Below, one piece after another: positions 9,657-18,386 of a stretch of DNA of 64,000 nt. The position numbers and the translations under genes were made by a program. Origin of the DNA: Ktedonobacterales bacterium (GTDB taxonomy: Bacteria; Chloroflexota; Ktedonobacteria; Ktedonobacterales; JADMIN01). The notes below the pieces were generated by a model. That model saw nothing but the letters and a program-made list of their open reading frames with translations. It was not told where the DNA came from and did not search any database. The DNA lies in NCBI GenBank assembly GCA_030167145.1, contig CP126532.1, positions 1,857,052 through 1,921,051 on the forward strand, written 5' to 3'. Position 1 is the first letter of the stretch. Each line of letters opens with the position of its first letter.

Positions 9657-10256
9657 TTAGTGGAGCGTGAAGGTCGTTGCGCCAGATGCCTTCTCATCGC
9701 GTCCGCCGGGTGGTGGCGCTTGTCCGGCTGCGCCTGGCCGCCAGTTGAACGAAACCGCGATGACGTATTCGGCGGCTTGGGGTTGCTGGATGAGTACACC
9801 GCCACTGGCTGAGAGATCGGCGGTCAGATGAAAGGTATGAGATGCGCCCGCTAGAATCGTAGGTGGGAAGTCAATAGTCGGCCCTGGCGGACACGAGTAG
9901 GTGTTCTGCGCGACAATGCTCTGCTGGCTGCCCACGGGCAGCACCTGCACGACGATGGGATCGAAGCCGCAGATGTACCAGAGATGGAGCGGTGTTGGCG
10001 TCTGGTTGCGTACCGTGACGTCCAGATCCAATGTGACGATGCGCAGCGCCACGGTTCCCCTCTGCTGGACCGCCACAGTAACCTGGACGATCTGCGTGCT
10101 TGCCGTTGGGCGCGCTGGCTGTGTCGCATGTATGTTGCCAAAGTGGGATGGTGTGCCGCAACTGGCCAATGTCAATGCTACAAGGGTGGCTAGAGCCGCG
10201 ACGCCGATGTAATAGCGACTTTTCCTGAGCCAAAACGGTTGGTTCATACCAGACAT
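9657..10256 (-). CDS. Hypothetical lipoprotein
   Basis: Lipobox-like signal VAALATLVALTLASCGTP. The start is at 10256 or 10247. No recognisable domain. Confidence 0.6.
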   Translation of the reverse strand: MSGMNQPFWLRKSRYYIGVAALATLVALTLASCGTPSHFGNIHATQPARPTASTQIVQVTVAVQQRGTVALRIVTLDLDVTVRNQTPTPLHLWYICGFDPIVVQVLPVGSQQSIVAQNTYSCPPGPTIDFPPTILAGASHTFHLTADLSASGGVLIQQPQAAEYVIAVSFNWRPGAAGQAPPPGGRDEKASGATTFTLH

Positions 10257-10340
10257 CCGCACACCACGCACCCTTCCACACATTCCACACATGGAGATTG
10301 ATGGCTTCGCGTTCTATCGTACTGGCTGCAAGCCGGTGAG

Positions 10341-11015
10341 TCAATTTTCTTGCGGAGGCTGGCCGAGCATGGGCAGGGAGCGGCGCTTGGGTTTCTCAGA
10401 TGGGGGAGTGGGGTCAGGGGACGCTGGGGGAGTGGCGGGCGCAGAAGTAGGGGCGCTGGGGAGCATCTGAAGCGGCTGGCGCTGGGGCTTCGAGGGCGTT
10501 GCGGGTGAGGTGGGCAACTCGCGGCCCTGAAGGGCCGGAGCACGGTCGGGGGCAGGGGGCGCGGGGAGGGTCTGCCAGCTCGCGGCGGCTTCGTCCATGA
10601 GGTCAATCAGCCGCTGGAGCTTGGCCATGACCATGGTGATGTTGGTGCGCTGGCGGGTGTAGCCGTCGGCGTGCATCTCGCGGACCCAGGCGCGCAGGTC
10701 GTCGTCTTCGAGGTCGTACCATTTCAGGTCGGCCTGGAGCCGGACATGGACTTTGTAGGCGGGGTCGAAGACTTTGCGCCCGCTGGCTACAGTGGCGTCG
10801 TCATCGGCGGGGGCGGGCTGGTCTTCGCCGGCGTGCAGTTCGGCGTAGAGCGCTTCGATGTCGCGGACGCGATAGAAGTTGCCCTTGCCGACGCCCTGGA
10901 AGGCGCGAAGGCGCTTGGCGGCGACGAGCGAGAGCAGCAGGTCGCGGTCAATGCCGAGCCGCCGCAGGGCTTCGCCTTCATCCACGAATGAGAATTTGCT
11001 GGGTTGGGCCATCAT
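10341..11015 (-). CDS. Helix-turn-helix (excisionase/MerR-like) domain protein with Pro-rich tail
   Basis: The ATG at 11015 (MMAQPSKFSFVDEGEALRRLGIDRDLLLSLVAAKRLRAFQGVGKGNFYRVRDIEAL) is the likely start. The longer ORF to 11525 overlaps rsmD out of frame and is discounted. Confidence 0.65.
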   Translation of the reverse strand: MMAQPSKFSFVDEGEALRRLGIDRDLLLSLVAAKRLRAFQGVGKGNFYRVRDIEALYAELHAGEDQPAPADDDATVASGRKVFDPAYKVHVRLQADLKWYDLEDDDLRAWVREMHADGYTRQRTNITMVMAKLQRLIDLMDEAAASWQTLPAPPAPDRAPALQGRELPTSPATPSKPQRQPLQMLPSAPTSAPATPPASPDPTPPSEKPKRRSLPMLGQPPQEN

Positions 11016-11025
11016 AGCGGTATTT

Positions 11026-11640
11026 TCACTCCTCGCTTGCGGGCGCAGGCTGGTCCTCGGTAGCGCCCGCACGCAACTCTTCAGCATGTTCATAGAAGAT
11101 GAGCAGCGTGCTGCCGTAGCGGCGCTCGTCAACCGGGCGCAGGCGGGTGAGCGCCAGGGTGTCGAGCGTGGTACGTTCGCGCGGGTCAATCTGCGCGATG
11201 ACCAGCCCGCCAGGGTCGGTGAGCGGCGCGGCATCGAGTTGGGTGAGCGCGCGGGCCGCCATGCCCTTGTACTGCGGCGGCGCGACATAGATGATGTCGT
11301 AGCGCCTGCCGTTGGCGGCGGCCTGCTCCAAGAATTGGAAGGCATCGGCGCGCAACACCTCGGCATTGCGGGCGAGGCCGGTGATCGCCAGATTCTCTTG
11401 CACGCAGCGCAGCGCTTCAGCGCCCAGTTCGATGAACGTGACCGAGGCTGCGCCTCGGCTGAGCGCTTCGATGCCGATGCCGCCGGTGCCCGCGAAGAGG
11501 TCGAGCATGCGGGAGTCGCGCACATCGCCGCTGAGGATGTCGAAGAGCGCGGTTTTGACGCGATCCATCACCGGGCGCGTGCCAGGCGTCTTGGGCGCTT
11601 TGAGCTTGCGGCCCTTGGCGATGCCTGAGACGACACGCAT
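11026..11640 (-). CDS. rsmD: 16S rRNA (guanine966-N2)-methyltransferase RsmD
   Basis: MRVVSGIAKGRKLKAPKTPGTRPVMDRVKTALFDIL...LDLFAGTGGIGIEALSRGA...IYVAPPQY. This is the typical RsmD N-terminus with the DPPY-like motif. Confidence 0.9.
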   Translation of the reverse strand: MRVVSGIAKGRKLKAPKTPGTRPVMDRVKTALFDILSGDVRDSRMLDLFAGTGGIGIEALSRGAASVTFIELGAEALRCVQENLAITGLARNAEVLRADAFQFLEQAAANGRRYDIIYVAPPQYKGMAARALTQLDAAPLTDPGGLVIAQIDPRERTTLDTLALTRLRPVDERRYGSTLLIFYEHAEELRAGATEDQPAPASEE

Positions 11641-11688
11641 GTGCTGCTCTCCTTTTGCTTTCCTTCTTGCCGCGCTGGCGCTGGTGCG

Positions 11689-13251
11689 CTAGTCGCCGTT
11701 GGGTGGCGCGGATGGCTGGGCGCGTCCGGTCGTGCGTGGGCGCGCGGACGGCGCTTTGCGCTCCGTAGTGGCGGGCGGCGCACTCGCATCGCTGTCCGCC
11801 GCGCTGGTTTCGGCGGTGGCGGCATGGGCCTGCACAGCGCGCAGTTCGGCCAGCACCAGCGCGACCTCTTCGGCGAAGGTATCGCGCTTGCCCCAGCTTA
11901 CCAAAGCTTCGATCTGCTCTGCGCCGAGCTTTTCGGGCGAGATCTTCCACAAGCCCTGGACGAGCGCCCGCGCGTTGACATCGCCAAGCTCCTGCACGAC
12001 GATGTTGCGATAGGCGCGGCGGATGTCCGCAGTGGGGACGCCGCCGCCCCGCACGCCGCGCATCTGGCCGATAAGCTGCATCGCGTGGCTCTGCTCGCCG
12101 CTGGCGAGCGGCGCGGATAGCTCGCGGCCTTCAAGGGGCGGAGTACGGGCGGGAGTGGTAGGCGGCTCGCGGCTCTCAACGGCCGGAGTACGGGCGGGGG
12201 CGCGGTGAGCGGCGGTGGATGGGGGCGGGCCGAAATCGGGCACGTCGTCGAGGTCAAAGTCGTCGTAGCCGAGGTCATCATCGTCGCTGGTGATGCCCAG
12301 AGGGAGCGGGGTGCGCTGGCTGGCGGCGGTGAAGTCGTCCTCCAGTTCGTCGTCTTCATCGGCTGTGAAGGAGACCTCGTACTCGCCGTCTTCCTCCTCG
12401 AAGTAATGCGCTGGCTCGGCGACGCGGGCGCTGGCGGGCGCGGATGTTGGGCGCGCAGACGCGGGGGGCGGCGCGGATTCGGTGGGCGCGGGCGAGCCGT
12501 CGCGAACAGCCTGGCGTCGCAGCCTGGCGAGCGCTTCGTTGAGGTTCAGGCCCGCAAGCGATTTGACACCGAGGCGGTCCATCGCCTGCTTGGGATTCAG
12601 CCCGAATTCACGCTGTGCGGCGGCGACGAACTCTGGGATGGTGAGCGGCGTCGCGGGGGGAGCGGGTGGCTCTGGCGCTGGCTTTGGTTCGGGCCTGGCG
12701 GCGGGTTTCGGCGCGGGCGGCTCACTGGCGCGTTGACGCGCGGCGGGCGCTTCTGGTGCGGGCGGTTCCGGCGTGGGCTTGGCGGCAGGAGCAACGGGTG
12801 TGGCGGGTGGCACGGATGGGCGAGCAGATGGCGGCGTGGCGTCGGTGTGGCTTTTGGCGATGCGTGCTGATGCGGCTGGTTCTGTGCGGGCGGGTGGCGT
12901 GGGTGGCGACTCGCGGCCCTGAAGGTCCGGAGCGCGCTCAGGGGCGGGGGCGGCGATTGGCGCGGGGGCAACGGCAGCGGGGGCGGCGATTGGCGCGGGG
13001 GCAACGGCAGCGGCTTCGACCGCAGGCGCGGGGGCGGAGGCGTCTAGGAGGGCGGCGACGCGGGTGTCGAGCTGGCGCGTGAGGAGGTCCATGCCAGCGG
13101 CGGCCTGGCGCAGCAGCACATCTATCTCGTCGGGGGTCGCGCCCAGGGGCAGCGGAACGCCGATCTCCAGCGTCCGTGTCTGGCCATTGACGGTCAGTGT
13201 CGCCGATTGACGCAGCCAGATATGTTCGCCGTCACGCTCGAATTGCCGCAC
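11689..13251 (-). CDS. Pro/Ala-rich hypothetical protein with conserved N- and C-terminal domains
   Basis: ORF 11689..13518. I propose the GTG at 13251 preceded by AAAGCGAGG; the start is uncertain. The long low-complexity centre carries in-frame hairpin repeats. Confidence 0.55.
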   Translation of the reverse strand: MRQFERDGEHIWLRQSATLTVNGQTRTLEIGVPLPLGATPDEIDVLLRQAAAGMDLLTRQLDTRVAALLDASAPAPAVEAAAVAPAPIAAPAAVAPAPIAAPAPERAPDLQGRESPPTPPARTEPAASARIAKSHTDATPPSARPSVPPATPVAPAAKPTPEPPAPEAPAARQRASEPPAPKPAARPEPKPAPEPPAPPATPLTIPEFVAAAQREFGLNPKQAMDRLGVKSLAGLNLNEALARLRRQAVRDGSPAPTESAPPPASARPTSAPASARVAEPAHYFEEEDGEYEVSFTADEDDELEDDFTAASQRTPLPLGITSDDDDLGYDDFDLDDVPDFGPPPSTAAHRAPARTPAVESREPPTTPARTPPLEGRELSAPLASGEQSHAMQLIGQMRGVRGGGVPTADIRRAYRNIVVQELGDVNARALVQGLWKISPEKLGAEQIEALVSWGKRDTFAEEVALVLAELRAVQAHAATAETSAADSDASAPPATTERKAPSARPRTTGRAQPSAPPNGD

Positions 13252-13559
13252 GCTGTGCCTCGCTTTCGGGCAGCGCGCGGGAGGCGGCTGCCGCTGGATC
13301 TGCTCTCTATTATATGCCACGCATCGGGGGATCGCTGAGTGTTGAGACGAGCGGATGGGGGCGCGCGGCACGGCTGGGAGACGGGTGTATGCGAGGCGAG
13401 CGGGCGCGGGTGTGGCCGCGATTGTGCTGAGAGGGCATACCAGGGCGCTGCGCGCGATGTGGCGCGAACACCGCCCGATGGCAATGAGTGATACCAATGA
13501 GACAAACAGGCGCCACACGGGTGTCCGCAGGTGGCAAGAACACGAAAGGATCGTAGACG

Positions 13560-14135
13560 ATGTCTACCGTTACACGTCCGCCAACGGGGCAGGCGGGCCA
13601 GGCAAAAGCGGGTATACCGGTTAAGTCGTATCCCGCGCCGAAGCAACTGGCGACCATTACCGATTTGACGCCGAAGGAGGCGCAGGCGATTACCGAGGCG
13701 GTCAATCCGCTGATCGCCGATGCGCTGGCGCTGTATATCAAGACCAAGAACTTCCACTGGCACCTGTCGGGGTCGCATTTCCGCGACTATCACCTGCTGT
13801 TCGACGAGCAGGCCGAGCAGTTGCTTGGCTCGGTTGACGTGCTGGCTGAGCGGGTGCGCCGGATTGGCGGGACGACGATTCGCAGTGTGTCGCATGTGGG
13901 GCAGTTGCAGACCATCGGCGATGACAATGATGAGTACGTCGCGCCGGGGGAGATGATACGGCGGCTGATGCGCGATAACCAGCATATCGCGGAGAAGCAG
14001 CGCGCGGCTATCGAGATCTGCGAGAAGAACCGCGATACGGTGACGAGCAATAACCTGCAAGAGATTCTGGACGAGACGGAGCGCCGCAAGTGGTTCCTGT
14101 TCGAGGTGTTGCAGGGCATCGAGAACGCGGAATAA
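13560..14135 (+). CDS. dps: Dps family DNA-binding ferritin-like protein
   Basis: LIADALALYIKTKNFHWHLSGSHFRDYHLLFDEQAEQL...RVRRIGGTT matches the Dps ferroxidase-site signature. Confidence 0.9.
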   Translation: MSTVTRPPTGQAGQAKAGIPVKSYPAPKQLATITDLTPKEAQAITEAVNPLIADALALYIKTKNFHWHLSGSHFRDYHLLFDEQAEQLLGSVDVLAERVRRIGGTTIRSVSHVGQLQTIGDDNDEYVAPGEMIRRLMRDNQHIAEKQRAAIEICEKNRDTVTSNNLQEILDETERRKWFLFEVLQGIENAE

Positions 14136-14166
14136 GCATTGGCTCACCTGTGAGATGTTCGTGTGT

Positions 14167-14199
14167 CGCCCCAGCCACACATGGCTGGGGCGTTCTTTG
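14167..14199 (+). terminator. Rho-independent terminator after dps
   Basis: Stem CGCCCCAGCC, loop ACACAT, stem GGCTGGGGCG, followed by TTCTTTGT. Confidence 0.75.
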
Positions 14200-14206
14200 T
14201 GTGGCA

Positions 14207-14351
14207 GCGGAGCGGGCGGTTGAAACCGCGCGACGGGCGCACGCCGTGCGCCCCTACAATGGCCTACGGCCGCTCCGCTTCGCTCACAGCCTGCTCCGCT
14301 CCTACACGTCGCTAGCTGCGCCGCAGGCTGGCCCCGCCTGCGCGGGTTTGG
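14207..14351. repeat. Mosaic intergenic repeat, long form with an extra hairpin module
   Basis: Same family as 1838-1958 and 18183-18301. This copy carries an inserted GGGCGCACGCCGTGCGCCCCTAC hairpin module, which also occurs alone at 22784-22808 and 34858-34878. Confidence 0.85.
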
Positions 14352-14579
14352 GACAGACGGGTGTCCGCAGGAATAGGTGAAAGCACATAATGCCGCGGCT
14401 CAACATCGTTCGATGGGGACGTAGAGGGCAACGCGGCATACCTTGCTCGCTACCATTACCAATTATTCGGACGATAGAGGGAACGGTGATGGTAGGTGTC
14501 CAGGAGGCTAGGATCTTTGTTGTCTCAGCGCATCTCATTTTCATAGTGGCAGCCGCCTGGCCGTAAGGGGAGAGTAGAG

Positions 14580-15272
14580 ATGGCGAATGCACTTCGGGTG
14601 ATGCTCGAAATCGGGCCAAGAGGCAAGAAGGTGGCGGCAGTGGCGGCGGATTGGCCTGGACTAGAGCGCGGCGCGAAGACCGAGGAGGCTGCAATTGAAC
14701 GGCTGCAATCCTATCTTCCACGCTATGCACGGGTGGCGAAGCTGGCTGGGATGGAGGCAGAGTTTGCGGACATCACCACGGTTGACGTGGTCGAGCGCTA
14801 TCCGGGGACTGGCTCAACCGACTTCTGGGGCATCTCGTTCGCGTTTTCGGAGTGCGATGGGCAAGCTATTTCGAGCGAAGAATTGGAACGTGAACTGACC
14901 CTGATGCAGGCGTGCTGGGCGTTTTTCGACGATGTACGTGGGCGGGTGTCGGCTGAGATGGAGAAGGGTCCGCGTGGGGGCGGGCGTGATCGGGACCGAA
15001 TCGTTCGGCATACGTTGGGCGCGGAGCAGGACTGGGCAGCGAAGCTGGGGCTGCGCGTTGATGAAGACGCACTGCTGACCGAAGAGGGCCTGCAAGTACA
15101 CCGCGACGCCTATTGCGGCGCTATTCGGGCGTTGCATACGGAGGGCAAAATGGCGCGAACCTGGCCGTTGCGGTATCTGATTCGGCACACGGCGTTTCAC
15201 ACGCTGGATCACGCCTGGGAAATGGAAGATAAAGACCTGACCGCCGGGGTCAGACTTGCGCGACAGTTGTAG
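14580..15272 (+). CDS. Hypothetical protein, DinB-like C-terminal region (tentative)
   Basis: Good RBS (GGGGAGAG). The C-terminal RHTAFHTLDHAWEMED resembles a DinB-superfamily His motif; the assignment is weak. Confidence 0.6.
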   Translation: MANALRVMLEIGPRGKKVAAVAADWPGLERGAKTEEAAIERLQSYLPRYARVAKLAGMEAEFADITTVDVVERYPGTGSTDFWGISFAFSECDGQAISSEELERELTLMQACWAFFDDVRGRVSAEMEKGPRGGGRDRDRIVRHTLGAEQDWAAKLGLRVDEDALLTEEGLQVHRDAYCGAIRALHTEGKMARTWPLRYLIRHTAFHTLDHAWEMEDKDLTAGVRLARQL

Positions 15273-15281
15273 CATGGAGGC

Positions 15282-15908
15282 ATGACTATGTCACGAGCAG
15301 CAACCCGCTACCTCTATCTCGCCCGCCACGGCGAGGCGTTGCCGGATGGGAGCGGCCTATCCGATGCCGGACGCCAGCAAGCAATCCTGCTTGGCCAGAG
15401 GCTCCGCACGCGACCGATCACCGTTGTGCATCATGGTCCGCTCCCCCGCGCGCTACAGACGGCGCGGATGATCGGCGAAGAGATGGGCGGCGTGTCTCTC
15501 ACCAGTTCGACGGCTGCGGGAGACTATGTTCCGTATGTACCTGATCGGAATGAGTTGCCAACGGACATCGCAGAGGTCTTTCTGCGGTTCCTTGAACAGG
15601 TTACGGCGGAGGCGGCTGAGGGGCAGGCGCTTGCCGAGCAAGCGGTAGCGCAGTTCACAGGCCCGACGGTGGGCGACACGGACCGGCATGAGCTGGTGAT
15701 CACGCACAACTTTCTGATTGCCTGGCTGGTGCGTCAGGCGCTCGACGCGCCCCGGTGGCGGTGGCTGGGCCTCAACTTTGGCAATGCTGCGCTCACGGTC
15801 ATCCGCTATGCGCCAGATCGCCCCCCGTCGTTGCTGATCTATAACGACATGAGCCATCTTCCGCCCGAACTGCGTTGGACCGGGTTTCCTCCTGAATGGC
15901 AGGTGTAA
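15282..15908 (+). CDS. Histidine phosphatase (phosphoglycerate mutase-like) family protein
   Basis: N-terminal catalytic motif YLARHGEA and a later ITHNFLI. RBS GGAGG. Confidence 0.8.
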   Translation: MTMSRAATRYLYLARHGEALPDGSGLSDAGRQQAILLGQRLRTRPITVVHHGPLPRALQTARMIGEEMGGVSLTSSTAAGDYVPYVPDRNELPTDIAEVFLRFLEQVTAEAAEGQALAEQAVAQFTGPTVGDTDRHELVITHNFLIAWLVRQALDAPRWRWLGLNFGNAALTVIRYAPDRPPSLLIYNDMSHLPPELRWTGFPPEWQV

Positions 15909-15990
15909 GGGCGCGCCACCAGCGCGGCGTTTGCCGGGCAACTATACTATCTCAGCGTTGCCCAAAGAGTTAAAAGCGGAGGCTGCGGTG

Positions 15991-16656
15991 ATGTTCGTGC
16001 GCTATCCGGCAGCCTACCGTGATGTGTGGGGGGAAGAGATAACCACCATTGAGAATGATAGTAAGCTCCTGCGGATGCGCGTGCGTGGCGCTGAATTCAC
16101 CGGTAGCTCGTTTGATAGCCTAGAAGCGCCACACGATGCGACTGAAGCGCAGCTATCCAGCTTCACGTTGATGACTTCGTACAAGATGCTTTGCTCGTGT
16201 TGTATTGACTGCGACATTCCTATCAAAGTTGTCGCTGGAAATGAATGCATGGAAGCCACCCTCCACATGCATCTTGACTTGGGGAGTCCACGACCAAATG
16301 GCCGCATTGAGCATGAATACCTACAGTTGACGCTCGCCATTGGCGATGCCACTTTCATTTCATCTGGCAAGAGTGGCGGCTGGTTCGAGGATGAACTAGG
16401 AGATATTCAACGTGCGTTGCCCGAAGGCATGTATACGAAATCCTGTATCAATTGCGCCTTCTCAGACTACTCAATATTTGGACAGGGCATGTTCGGCGAT
16501 ATGGCCTGCTTTCGCGACAATAGGCAGGCTTATTTGGCAGCGCGAGGTAAACGCGAGTTCATGCGCATTTGGGATACGAAGACCGAACAGGTGCAAGAGA
16601 CGTATCTCTGCCCCGAGTTTCAACGCCGTACACCCGGAACGGGCTATCGCGGTTGA
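15991..16656 (+). CDS. Cys-rich hypothetical protein in a lower-GC segment
   Basis: ATG at 15991 preceded by GGAGG. The sequence has many Cys (CSCCIDCD, CINCAFSDYS, CPEF). The segment is visibly more AT-rich than its flanks. Confidence 0.55.
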   Translation: MFVRYPAAYRDVWGEEITTIENDSKLLRMRVRGAEFTGSSFDSLEAPHDATEAQLSSFTLMTSYKMLCSCCIDCDIPIKVVAGNECMEATLHMHLDLGSPRPNGRIEHEYLQLTLAIGDATFISSGKSGGWFEDELGDIQRALPEGMYTKSCINCAFSDYSIFGQGMFGDMACFRDNRQAYLAARGKREFMRIWDTKTEQVQETYLCPEFQRRTPGTGYRG

Positions 16657-16700
16657 GTCCCCTCCCCGCGAACGATTGCGAGGAGAGGAAGCGCTTCGCT

Positions 16701-18008
16701 CTACGGTTCCAGGCGATGGAGGTCGCGCGGGAAGGTGGTGGCGAGCTTGACGTTGGGCAGGCCGGTGAGCTGGGTGAGCACGCGCTCCAGGCCGATGGCG
16801 AAGCCGCCTTCGGGCGGCATGCCGTAGCGGAACGCTTCGAGATAGGTCACGAAGGGCGCGACCGGCAGCCCCGCGCGCTCCAGCGCCGCCAGATAGTCGG
16901 CGTAGCGGTGTAGCCGCTGGCCGCCCGTCACCAGTTCCATCCCCCGAAAGAGCAGGTCGAACGAGTTCGAGTACTCAGGACGTTCCGGGTCGGGATGCGT
17001 ATAGAACGGGCGTTTGCTCATCGGATAGCCCGAAACGTAGAGGAAGTCGCTGCCGAACTCCTCACGCGCCCACTCGCCGAGCCAGCGTTCGTCCTGTGGC
17101 GAGAGGTCCGGCTCGCCACGCACGTCGAGGCCGTGGCGCTGAAAGATCCACTCCTGCGCCTCGCTGAAGTGCAGGTGGGGAATCTCTGCCGGGACGGTGG
17201 GCAGCGCGACACGCAATAGCTCTAGCTCGGCGGGGTAGCCTGCCGCGAGATGGGCAAAGATGTCCGCCAGCACGTCGCGTAGCAGCGCCATCACGGTGAA
17301 GTGGTTTTCGATGAAGCCGAATTCGGCGTCCAGGCTGACGTACTCGTTGATGTGGCGCGTGGTGTCGTGCGGCTCGGCGCGGAAGACGGGGCCGACCTCG
17401 AAGACGCGCTCGAAGACGCCGACGAGCATCTGCTTATAAAACTGCGGACTCTGCGCCAGATAGGCGGGGCGTCCGAAGTAGTCAAGCATGAAGACGTTGG
17501 CGCCACTCTCGGTGGCTGACGCGACGATCTTGGGGGTGGCGATTTCGGTGAAGCGGCGCGCGGTGAGCGCGGCGCGGAAGCCGGCCATGACGCCCGCGCC
17601 CAGCCGCAGGATTGCGCGGCGGGTTGGATGACGGTCGGCGACGACGGCGTGATCGAGGATCGTGGTGATGCTCGCTTTGATTTCACGCTTGTTGAGTGCG
17701 ACGGGTGGCGCTTCGGTGACGGCGGTAATCAGCTCGATATGCGGCGCAGTGAGTTCGACGCCACCGGGGGCCTGAGGCGCGGCGGTGGCCATACCGGTGA
17801 CGGCGATCACGCTCTCCACGCCCGCGCCTGCCGCCGTGAGCGGCGCGAGGGTGGCTTCATCTTCGACGACGGCTTGGACCGTGCCCCAGCCGTCGCGGAG
17901 GACGAGGAAGGTGATTCCGCCCATGCGGCGCAGGGAGTGGAGCCAGCCGGCGAGATGCACGCGCTCGCCAAGATGCGCGCCTACTTCGGTGGTATGGATG
18001 CGTTCCAT
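16701..18008 (-). CDS. aspS: Aspartate--tRNA ligase, short archaeal/type-2 form
   Basis: N-terminal OB fold (GWLHSLRRMGGITFLVLRDGWG). Class II motif 2 is VGPVFRAEPHDTTRHINEY and motif 3 is GGFAIGLERV. At 435 aa it lacks the bacterial insertion domain. Confidence 0.9.
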   Translation of the reverse strand: MERIHTTEVGAHLGERVHLAGWLHSLRRMGGITFLVLRDGWGTVQAVVEDEATLAPLTAAGAGVESVIAVTGMATAAPQAPGGVELTAPHIELITAVTEAPPVALNKREIKASITTILDHAVVADRHPTRRAILRLGAGVMAGFRAALTARRFTEIATPKIVASATESGANVFMLDYFGRPAYLAQSPQFYKQMLVGVFERVFEVGPVFRAEPHDTTRHINEYVSLDAEFGFIENHFTVMALLRDVLADIFAHLAAGYPAELELLRVALPTVPAEIPHLHFSEAQEWIFQRHGLDVRGEPDLSPQDERWLGEWAREEFGSDFLYVSGYPMSKRPFYTHPDPERPEYSNSFDLLFRGMELVTGGQRLHRYADYLAALERAGLPVAPFVTYLEAFRYGMPPEGGFAIGLERVLTQLTGLPNVKLATTFPRDLHRLEP

Positions 18009-18182
18009 AAACGTCTACTCCTGACTGTCATTCGTGTGGGGTCAACTCGGCGCATGGATGGGAAGCGCGCCCAGAGTGACCCCAGCACACACAGCGTCAG
18101 GCGCGTTCCCTCAGATCGTCGGCGTCGGCGTCGGCGTTTGCATCGTCTCCCATTGGGTGATCCTCTTTCTTTGGTTCAGATA

Positions 18183-18301
18183 GCGGGCGGTTGAAACCGC
18201 GCCTGCATGGCGTGCCGCCGCTCCGCTGCGCTCACAGCCTGCTCCGCTCCTACACGTCGCTAGCTGCGCCGCAGGCTGGCCCCGCCTGCGCGGGTTTGGG
18301 G
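18183..18301. repeat. Mosaic intergenic repeat, long form, inside the aspS 5' leader
   Basis: Near-identical to 14207-14351 (minus the inserted module) and to the reverse complement of 1838-1958. Confidence 0.85.
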
Positions 18302-18344
18302 CAGAGGCAGACAGGAATGTCTGCCCTACCAGGAGCGAATAGAG

Positions 18345-18386
18345 AGCAAATAAAAAGCCCTCATCCTCATATTGGAGGACGAGGGC
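18345..18386 (-). terminator. T-box terminator hairpin
   Basis: Minus strand: GCCCUCGUCCUCC, loop AAUAU, GAGGAUGAGGGC, followed by UUUUUAUUU. Confidence 0.8.

Noticed and set aside
11016-11525. Upstream part of ORF 10341..11525.
   Set aside because: It overlaps the well-supported rsmD gene out of frame. The composition is typical of a high-GC shadow ORF, and the HTH protein starts at 11015.
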